A stretch of DNA of 62,341 nt from Aplysia californica (Eukaryota). The stretch covers positions 22,765-85,105 of the forward strand of contig NW_004798763.1 of NCBI RefSeq assembly GCF_000002075.1, written 5' to 3'. Below, piece after piece: positions 52,730 through 62,341 of the stretch (position 1 is its first letter; each line of letters starts with the position of its first letter). Below the pieces are notes generated by a model. That model did no database searches. It was given only the letters and a program-made list of their open reading frames with translations, and was not told the DNA's origin. The position numbers and the translations under genes are program-made.

Positions 52730-53460
52730 TATTCACACACCCTGTGGGAATATAATTTCATAATATTCACAGACCCTGTGCCAGTAACATTTCATAGTAT
52801 TCACATAGTATTCACACACCCTGGGCGAATACAATTCCATGGATAGTATTCACACACCCTGTGCGAATATCTAGATCTAATATCTACAGCAAAACTTTTG
52901 GGCTTTTTTTTAATGCACCCGTCTCATGAAGCCTACTAGACACGTTTTATATATATACTTTTTTACTTTTGCATGCTGAACACGAATATATATATATATA
53001 TGGCTTTCATTTGTGCTACAAATCAATAGTTATTGAGTTATAAATTGATGTTTGAAAATAGTAATATTTGACTTGATTTTAACAAAATGTGGGGTTTCAG
53101 GGGAGGCATGCCCCCCTGCATTTCACAACGATTTGATGTTTTGGCAATTAGGATTGATATTTACTTGAAAACAATTGATTTGCAAGGGTTTTAGTGGCCA
53201 TACGTGTGTTCTACAGGAAAAATTATGGCAGCTTAGCCCTCAAATCAATGCATCTGTGTATGGGTGCAATAGTAAAAATTTACCAAACTTTTACTTTTTC
53301 ACTCCCGCACACAGAGATGCGTACTGTTTTTGGTGGGTCAAACAGTATTTTTTGCGGCCACCTCTATTCTCACCCGGTGTGCGTTCTGTGCCGAGAACAA
53401 ACGTTCCAGCGCTCTTGTGTTACTACTGTTACCCTAAAAGCGTGCAATTTTGTCTGTGGC

Positions 53461-53462
<2 letters not shown>

Positions 53463-53492
<30 letters not shown>

Positions 53493-54073
53493 GAGTAGCG
53501 CAAGAACTTCCGGGCAAAACAAAATGGCGACCCGCGTAGTTCGGCTCAATTCGAAAAGTTAAATAGCCGTAGCATCTTTGTAGACGACCAAATTAATTTA
53601 CTTTTGTGTTTTAACATCATTTTTTAACTTTGGTTTGGTCAATTTGATCGTCCACACCGATAGTATAATTCAGAAAGAGACACGAGAGAGGGGAGGAGTA
53701 GATCTTGAGAGAACTTCTGGGCAAAACAAAATGGTCACCCGCGTAGTTCGGCTCCATTCGAAAAGTGAAATAGCCATAGAGCATCTTTGTAGAAAATCAA
53801 ATTAGCTTAGGCCTAGACTACTTTTGTGCTATAACGTCATTTTTTCTTTGCTTTTACGTTTGTCAATTTTATCATCCACACCGATAGACAGTATTCCAAA
53901 ATTAGAAAAAAAACAGGTCTTGTTTCACACCAGGTGAGAATAGCCAACGCTGGCAACCAAATTAATTTAGTTTTCTTTTTTAACATCATTTTAAAACTTG
54001 TTTTGGTCAATTTGATCGTCCACACCGATAGACAGTATTCAGAAAGAGACACAGAGAGAGAGAGAGGGGGGAG
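53463..54073. repeat. ~200-bp tandem repeat (at least 3 partial units) running into a gap
   Basis: gggcaaaacaaaatgg..acccgcgtagttcggctc..ttcgaaaagt occurs twice; tccacaccgatag occurs three times. Confidence 0.75.
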
Positions 54074-54627
54074 NNNNNNNNNNNNNNNNNNNNNNNNNNN
54101 NNNNNNNNNNNNNNNNNNNNNNNNNNNNNNNNNNNNNNNNNNNNNNNNNNNNNNNNNNNNNNNNNNNNNNNNNAAGGAATTAGGCTTCTAAAGATGGATC
54201 CTTGATATTGATATCTATTAAGATACTCCAAAATCCGAAAACTGATATTTTTTTCAAATTTTTTACTGATCTGACCAGTGGATCCCCTTAAGGACAAGCA
54301 GGCTAACCCAGATTTCGGGGGGATTCCAAAAGTGGGCATTGTCCTACCTATAGGAGAAGTTTGGTTTCATTGGTGTGTTTATTTGTTTGTTTTTTTTAGA
54401 AAACTCTCCTTGTCTTTTACTACAGAGACTGAATATATAAAGATCCAAAAACGTTAACTTCAATTTTCTCAAAACAGCCTTTTTCAAGATAGCCCCCTTG
54501 AGCTTAAAAGCGACCAATATATGCGTATCGAGTTCAATATTCCCCTCAATGAACAAGGTCTAGTCTGTACGAGTACATGTACAAGTGTACGACTTTTTTC
54601 AGTAAGTGTTAGTGTTGTTAACTTAGC

Positions 54628-54775
54628 GTTTTGCGGTACTTGCAACACAATGTTATAAATGCTGAAGATTTAATGGTGTTACAAGAGAGTAACAAGCACA
54701 ACAAAGGAGGAGAGAAAATAAGGACAATAGATTTTTTTTGTAGAAAACCACACCAGAGCACCTGCCAACCATTCG
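54628..54775 (-). repeat. Inverted copy of the 673-860 family
   Basis: acttgcaacacaa...ggtgttacaagagagtaacaa...aaaccacaccagagcac. Confidence 0.7.
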
Positions 54776-56801
54776 CATTACAACTTGGAAGAATAATACC
54801 AATAGAAGCCTACTAAAGTGAAGTCAAAAATTCGTGGCGCAACTTATTTTCAAATGATCTCCTCAACTCAAACTTTTTTCTAATTACGAGATTATTTTTA
54901 TTGAATGCATGTATACGTCTTGAGAACTTTTGTGCAAAAAAGTGTTCACTATAAAATTTATTTTTTTGTAACTCTAGTTCTATCATCCGTAAGCCATTAC
55001 GCAAAATAATGAGTGTGAGAAGTGGGTGGCAAGTGCTGAGAGGGAACAATCCCATTTTCCGCGTGAAGGAGATTTATTCATAATATAATATAAAAATAAA
55101 TTAATGAAGAAAAGTTTTTTAATCCAGCCTCAATTGTGGTGGAAAAATATGATTGAGGACAAATGGATACAAACAGCTGTGCAAAATACAGGTGACATTG
55201 ATTCTCCGGTTAAAAAGAGATCATATATTTGACAAGTTGCGCCAGGAAATCTTGACCGCACTCTTTACAACTACGACTACTATAAGAAGTCAAACCTGTG
55301 CCTAACAAGTCCCAATTGTGAAGGACCAGAAAAAACAAAATCTCCTCCATCTCTGCTTCTCTAGAGATTTAACAAACAATTAGGCTACTTGGTAACCAAC
55401 AATGTTGGCCAACATCAGAATATGTTACAAGAGATCCAGACAGAGGAAAAGAATACAAAAAGATAAGGTCAGACATGACGTTGAATCTTGTAATTTTGTA
55501 TTGGGATCATCACGTTATGAACAAGAACATCGGAACAACAAGAACTAGAAGAAGCTCTACTCTAAAGTCCTGTTTGTGTAAAAATGCAAGGTATTTTTTA
55601 TTATAACATACACAGAGACATCTCTACACTTAAAGTTAAATTCAAACCTTCATTGTGAAATATTCTTTAAAATTACTGATTTTAGAAACCAGACATTCAC
55701 ACTCTTCAGACGTAAACAGGATATATGAATCATAGTGTAGTGCCGGTATTTTATTCATCATTTAAAATGGAGAGGAAATGATAAAACAAAGCTTCACTTT
55801 TAACGGGGGCCAGACACTCATCTTTCAACTCTCACTTTCATACTGAAGAAACTGGAATTAAAATTAAACAGCTGTACGATACACACATTATAAACAGAGA
55901 TCAAGTATAACATGAAATTCAGAGTTCTTTGCGCAGTGTCTATTCTACTCTCTCAAACATGGCATAAATTTAAAGTAAGTGCAGGAAGGTGGAAAGCACC
56001 ACAGAGTGGGACGGAAGGTCCTTCTCTTCTTACTTCTTTTCTCTGTTCTCTCTTGTTTCTGTCCATCTTACCAGTTCACTCCATTAAATTAAATAGCTGT
56101 TGGCACTGATGAGCTTCTCTGTACTAGAACCAATTACCATAAAAACAAAACAACCTGATTTACACGAACTTCATGGGACCGACTATTTCTTCAGGAAGTG
56201 GAAGTTGCGATGCATTGATTTCATTGAATGAAGAGGGGAAGGGGGAGGTGGGGGGGGGGAGGGAAACAGGTGTCTGAAAATATACTGAACAGTGAAATCC
56301 TTTCGTCAGAACAGCGATTTTGTGTTCTGCTTCATCAATTAAAACAGAGTCGATTGTAGAACTAATAAATCAAACTTTCAGCTCGACCTACTAAAAATAA
56401 AGACAAAGTTCACAGAAAACAACAATCAACCTGAAATCAGTAAAGACTCGGACTAAAGTTCACGTGTGAGTGTGAGGCAACTTTTGAGAAGCCAGTTTTT
56501 CAAAGAGAGAGCTCATAACTTATTATTATTATGTAGGCCTACTGGTACTATGCTATTATTAGCAGTAGCAGCAGTATTGGTGCCATGGCAGTGCAGTGAA
56601 ATCAGGATGAGGAGAAATACATCATGAAGAAAAAGAGACTAAGATGATGAAAAATATAGCCCCTCTAGTGTTCAGTTTGTTGAATAAGGGACTCGTAAAG
56701 TATTAAAAGTAATGAGTACAATAAAAGGCATTTGTGTGTGTTGTGTGTGTGAGAGAAAATTAAAATCAAAACAACAGCAGCCTACTAAAAAAATTATATA
56801 T

Positions 56802-57613
56802 GTCAAACCTGTGTAAGACGGCCACCCATTGTCAAGGAGAAAAGTGGCCGCATAAGACAGGTGGCTGTCTTAGGCAGGACTGATCAAGATAAAGAAAACA
56901 AACCATTCCCATCTGAGGCCCCAATCGAAAGTAGCCCCATTGTTGTTGTCTTTGTTGGTGTTGTTGCTGTTGGTTTGTATTTCGTTTGTAATTTTTATTT
57001 TGTCGCTGATTTTGCACAATGGACAATAAAACTAAATGTATCAGACAAGGAAGACCGAGTGCCATGTTAAAACAAACACATGGGTCGCCACCACTCGGAG
57101 AACGAGGGACGCTTCTGTAACAAGTTCATGTTGACGTCCTTTGTTACTTTGTTACAGACTGGGTAAACAGTAACCACTCATCTCACTTACGATTTGTGTA
57201 TGAGTTTTGGGCGGGGCTTATGAGTTATGAGGGATCACACGGTAACTCACCTGCAGCTGAAAATTGGTAGCTATTGGTCAACAGTGGGAGGGGCCTACGC
57301 AACATGATCGGTTATAGGGACTACCTAACAACAACGACAGGTGATTGAATTATGACGGCTCGCCCACAACGCCAGGGGCCAATGCACAATTTATGACAAA
57401 ACGTAATGGATTCACTAAGGTGACCGTCTTAGACAGGTATTATTGCTTAGTATTTTAGGGGTTGTGTGTTAAATTTTTGTGGCCGCGGCCGCGTTGGACG
57501 GTGCCCGTTTTACACAGTTAAATTATATAGAAAAAACGCAAGGGGGAAATGGAAAGTGGCCGTTTGTACAGGTGGTCGTCTTATAGAGGTGGCCGTCAGG
57601 GCAGGTTCGACTG
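56802..57613. mobile_element. TA-target MITE (pogo/Tc1-derived)
   Basis: GTCAAACCTG ... CAGGTTCGACTG|TA with repeated gtggccg/gacagg subterminal motifs; related copy at 60987-61154. Confidence 0.7.
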
Positions 57614-58060
57614 TACAATACACGACATGACTCCTTTGTAAAATAAAAGGCTGAATGACAAAGTGTTGACAAAACTGAAACTGACTTTTCATGGAAAAAT
57701 GGAGGTCACCATACACATTGGGTTCAAAAGCAGTGTTTTGTCAGACTGATGCATGAAAAATGGAATTAAAAAACACAAAAATGATTAAAAAATGTAATTA
57801 AAATAGAGACCTAATACTAATACCTAATAATGGACTTTGGACGTACAGAAAAATACTACCTGACCTGGTACACAAAAAGTAAAAGGGAAAGTAAGAAAGA
57901 AAATTTATACATTATATCGTTGTGCAGTCTATTCAAACGGCTCGGGGGGAAAAGGCAAGTGTATTTTGTCATCAATATATATCGTACAGCATTGTAATGG
58001 AAAACGGAATCTTCAGGAGAAGCAGAACATCTTTGACTTCAGCTATTGACAGTCAGTTAC

Positions 58061-58194
58061 ACAGAATCGCTCATTGCCCATAAACTGTTGGTGATGAAGA
58101 ACTGTGACTGCTTCTCCTCATCAAACTTGAAGGTCTTGGTGCCTGACTTTCTGCAGATAACTGACATCAAAGCTAAGGAATAATGCAGAAAAAC
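58061..58194 (-). CDS. Probable further upstream exon of the - strand gene (...MSVICRKSGTKTFKFDEEKQSQFFITNSLWAMSDS)
   Basis: ttttttctttagtttccag acceptor; GT|gtaact donor in phase 2 matches the phase-2 acceptor at 47421; possible start ATG at 58167. Confidence 0.42.
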
Positions 58195-58344
58195 CTGGAA
58201 ACTAAAGAAAAAATCAGCTTTCGAAAAATGGGAATATAACGTGTACAAAACTCTATGCAGTGCAACTAAAAATCGTGTACACTATATATCAGAAGAACAA
58301 TGTAACATCAAGTAAAGTAGGGAATGACTAGAAGTATAATACAA

Positions 58345-59231
58345 CAGTCGAATCTGCCTTACTTAATGGAAACCTGTGTAAAACGGAAATCTGTCTTTCG
58401 GAATCTCCCCACTCCTCCCTAGATATTCCTCTTTTATTACCTCTGTGTAAAACGGAAACATGTCCAACATGGAAAGGGAAAGAAAATTCGCTCCCTTCCG
58501 AGGGTTTAACCTGAAAAAGACGGAAAATGCTTTGCCCTGATTTGAAACAAAACTGGCAAGGTTTTGTTCCACTGCTAAACCTAACGTCATGCCACCAGGG
58601 GAGGAAAGGGAGTAGGGGTGCAATAATTTAAGGGTAGATGTTACCCCATCTATGTGAGCCCTGAGCGATGCAGATGGTAAGGATAGCGTAGGTATTAAAT
58701 CTCATGAGTACCAGTGAAAGTGCTTGAGTAGCGAGTCACCATGGAAACTTTCCTGGGTAGCAAGAAGCCAGAGGTGTAAAATAAAGTTTGACCAATGACT
58801 GCCGCCCTGATTGCTCCTCGAATCGTTGTTACATGACATGGCAGTGAAGGGTGGCATTGGTTGATGGTGCTTGTTAGACCGATGGGTGAAGCTAAGGGTG
58901 GAAGCAAAGGAGATATTCAACAAAGGCTTCTGTTTTTAATAGGTCAATCAAACAGTGGTCCTATGAAATGCAAGCACAGGTGGTAATTGGATAAATAAGA
59001 AGACTGATGCATGTCCTTATCAGACAGGATAGCAAGTGAGGTGTGGAAGTTTTGACCGTTGCTTGCTGACCTGGCAAGCGACCCATGATGATCCCACCAG
59101 GCTGGGGCTTTGAAACCCCCTTCATCTCCCCCCTAAATTCCCCTGTTTAAGACGGAAAAAGTCGAAGACGAAATTTTTTTGGTCTTTTTTTTCTGGCTCC
59201 CTTGCGATTCCATCTTACACAGATTCGACTG
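58345..59231. mobile_element. MITE with 12-bp TIR
   Basis: CAGTCGAATCTG ... CAGATTCGACTG|TA; tgtgtaaaacggaaa subterminal repeats. Confidence 0.72.
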
Positions 59232-59581
59232 TACATCATGCATCATGTACAAGAAGCGGTAAGAAGACCAGAATTTTATTTGGTAACGCACACCTGGAGG
59301 TCAGATGAGATGCCAAAGTGTTACGGTACAGTATTCTTTTATTAAATATCAACTACATGGCAGTAAAGTGAAAATATCAAGCTCAAAAGAAAGGTCTTGC
59401 CCTCCAGATAATCATGCCTTTTGAATTGTTTTAAATTTCCTCGAGTTCAAAAGTTATGAACATTTTTATGATCAAGTTTTGCCTTGGCCTTCAGTTGGTC
59501 CTTTTTTTTGCACTGATTTTTGTGCTTGAATTAGGATGCATTTTTAGAGAAAAACGACATTATTTCGATAATATAATCATC

Positions 59582-60169
59582 CAAGTGCGTCAAAAAGAAC
59601 CTTGAAACTGTAATCACCCAATCATCGTGTTATAGCCTTGCACTACCCATTCATGCAGCATACCAATTTAAAGAGCTGTAAATAAATTCTGCATCATAAA
59701 GGGTTTGTGCCCTACACAAAACCAACGGCTCCTAAGCAAAATAATATAGTAATAGGCATATTCAATGATAAGTCCAAGTTTTGCATGGCAAAATGCGATT
59801 GTTCTGTTCTCTGTTTTGTCTGAAACTATTGAAATAAAATATTATTTATTGCAAAGACAAAGTACTCTTCATTGGATTAATGCAAAGTATACAAAATGTC
59901 CATTTTATCAATATTGATGCTCCTCAATACAATGCACAAAGACAATTTTACATTTCTTTAACTTCGCAAACTTTTGCCAAGCCTGGTTTTAAAGGTCAGT
60001 TTGGAGTGATCAAATCTTGGGTGTCTCTTAACATAGTTGAATTATTAATGTGTGTCAGATGATGCAGAATTTATCTTTAAATTGGTTTTCTGCATAATAA
60101 GTGGGTAGTGCAAAGATTTAACACAATGAATGGGTGATTACATTTTCAAGTTTCTTTTGGATGCCACTG
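59582..60169. mobile_element. Tc1-like MITE with ~115-bp imperfect TIRs
   Basis: 59582-59697 is the reverse complement of about 60059-60169; ends CCACTG|TA. Confidence 0.75.
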
Positions 60170-60386
60170 TATAAACATACTTGTACTACAGGGTCATGTA
60201 CCACATTTTTAAAATAAAAGTAAAATAAAAGCAATCATAGTGACAAATAAGTTACTGTATAGCTACGCATTTGGGAGAGAGATAGCACGCTTTTAAGATA
60301 GGAATGTCCACTCCAAACGAGCTGAGTAGCAGGCCTACCAGATCAAGTGAAAAATCAGAAACCATGATGGAGAAAAAAAACGTTAA

Positions 60387-60632
60387 CCCTATCTGTACGC
60401 CCTGGGATCGTTTTGTACTTCCGGAGTTGTATTCTTCACATTTTAGAATACTTCTAGATCTAGTTCAAAGATCACTTTGAAACTTTCAGTATTTCTCAAA
60501 AAATCATTTTGACACACGGCTATGCAAAGTGTACGGATCAGATTAACGAGTAAATTTCCTCTTTGGTAAGTGGTGGCACAGAGTTCCCCACAGGGTATGG
60601 ATATGATAGTAAAACACAATGAACGGATAGGG
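60387..60632 (+). mobile_element. piggyBac-like MITE (CCCTATC TIR family)
   Basis: TTAA|CCCTATCTGT...ACGGATAGGG|TTAA; homologous copies at 39349 and 42510. Confidence 0.8.
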
Positions 60633-60723
60633 TTAACCTTCGCCAGCGGTCGTGGGCTAAAAACGACCCAGAGGGTATAAGTCGAAGACTTGCTTTAGCT
60701 GGTCAGCCAAACATGCCACTGAC

Positions 60724-60830
60724 CTCAACTACTACTGAAATCTAAAAGGATACAGCCCTTCACCTCCTGGTTCCTGTCCTCTTCAGACCACCTGATTTTG
60801 CTGACATCTCTGTACAGGTTGACAGAAAAT
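60724..60830 (-). other. Probable exon (5'UTR or coding) of the - strand gene
   Basis: Very strong acceptor ttctcctgtctttctttgcctttcctcag. Two donors: GAG|gtgaag (exon ends 60764, keeps a frame open into 58194) or GAG|gtcagt (exon ends 60724, all frames closed). Confidence 0.45.
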
Positions 60831-60986
60831 CTGAGGAAAGGCAAAGAAAGACAGGAGAAACTTTTATCACAACGCATTCAGGGCACCAAATATTAGCTAT
60901 AATATTAATACGAGGGTCACAGAAGTAAGATTTTATATGAATTCATTATTATATTTATATATATATATATTACATTAATATAATTA

Positions 60987-61154
60987 CAGTCAAAACTGTC
61001 TAAAACAGCCACCCACTGTCGGTGAGAAAAGTGCCCATTTTACATCGTGTCATTATAGTAAAATATACACAAATGAGGGAGTGAGAAGCAGAATTTTGCA
61101 CAGGTGATCACCTTGTCTTATAATAGGTGGTCATTAGTAGAGCAGGTTGGAATG
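60987..61154. mobile_element. Degenerate TA-target MITE
   Basis: TA|CAGTCAAAACTG ... CAGGTTGGAATG|TA; similar to the 56802 family. Confidence 0.55.
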
Positions 61155-62341
61155 TAATTATAAATCATAATCAATATTGGGTCATTACTTCAATATATAT
61201 ATATATACTACAGCAGTTTCATGGTTACAATGATGATGCTAAAATGCAAGAAATTTTACAAAACTATCAAAATCAGCCTTCAACTGATTTGCGAACCAGA
61301 ACTGCAAGATTAATAAAATCACATCATCGCACATGATTTTGTACATAAAACATACTGCAGCAGAAAAAAAGGACTTTTCTATTATAAATAAACCATTGAA
61401 TAAACTATGACAGATGAGTACTTTGAAATAAGGTATGATATAGCAGATGTGCCAACTCCATGATCAAAAACAGTTTTCCTCAAAATCCTCCTAACAAAAA
61501 AATAGGAGTAAGGGAAAAAAAGGCTCCCCCGGAACCCCCCCCCCCCCTCCTCAGAATCTCCTGTAGATTAAGATTACATAACAAACCAACCATGGCAAAT
61601 ACACTTATCTACTGAAAATACACGCAAACAAACGTAAAAATAAACATTATGTCTTTTCACAATTTGCGACATAACTCTCATGTCTCAAGTCAATAAGAAG
61701 AAATGTTTCTGGTCATGCTATTTGCCATAGATATGACTTGGCGGAAACGGCTAGACATAAAAAAATCCAATCAGGTGTTTTTTTACACAAAAAAATATTA
61801 GAAGACCTCTGGTGTTATCGGATAATCGTAGTACTTGGCCGGCCTGTCCGATAGGTATTACAATCATGCACAAATGAAGGAGTTGGCCTTGGAAACAAAC
61901 ATCTTGACTGTTCTTTCTTCCGAGGTAGAATCAGGCTCTTGTCAATTTTTGGGCATATAGAGTTAAAGCTAGTTCATTTGTCTTACTTTGGACGAAAAAG
62001 GTATCCATTTATCTTGAATAGAAGTCGAGATATTTGCGAATGAAGGAGACAGTGGGGGCGCACCTGGTCTTCGAGGTAAAATAGTGAGAAAATGGCCGCC
62101 AAATATGAGTTATTTCTTTACCTTGAAGGTCAGTGGAAACTGAAAATTTATATTTTTTGCGGAGTAAAAAAGCAAAACTAATAAAACATTGGGGAGATTC
62201 ATAGAATAAGAACGGTGAAACTTGCTTTCCAATATACTTGGACTAAATGTAGAAAGAGAAAAGATTACTCGTTTTTGGGGTTTTTTAATATTAATTAAAA
62301 TAAATGAAATATATCTCATATATATATATTCAACAAATAAT

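Noticed and set aside
50313-52870. Spaced palindromic repeats resembling a CRISPR array
   Set aside because: Spacers are only about 12 nt and similar to each other, there are no cas genes, and the context is eukaryotic; this is a TE-associated minisatellite.

Overview
Animal genomic DNA with assembly gaps, microsatellites and spliceosomal introns; it is not prokaryotic. The protein looks protostome-type, and a mollusc or other lophotrochozoan is plausible but cannot be shown from the sequence. The + strand from about 4.4 to 36.7 kb carries a Fox-1/RBFOX RNA-binding splicing regulator. I rebuilt it by hand as 10 GT-AG coding exons giving about 350 aa from ATG 4448, with a near-invariant RRM and a C-terminal RFAPY PY-NLS, followed by a probable 3'UTR of up to about 8.4 kb. 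The most interesting signal is a self-regulatory splicing architecture. (i) UGCAUG, the protein's own binding motif, sits on both splice sites of the 93-nt in-frame RNP1 exon. (ii) A candidate 41-nt frameshifting exon lies in the same position and phase as the vertebrate Rbfox1 A53 nuclear/cytoplasmic switch exon, and opens an NMD-immune, NLS-less C-terminus. (iii) There is a candidate 35-nt poison exon. (iv) A UGCAUG cluster lies just past the distal poly(A) signal. The right part holds a convergent - strand gene for an unidentified coiled-coil protein, a decayed DD34E Tc1 transposon inside a nested inverted-repeat structure, and many tRNA-derived SINEs and TA- or TTAA-target MITEs.
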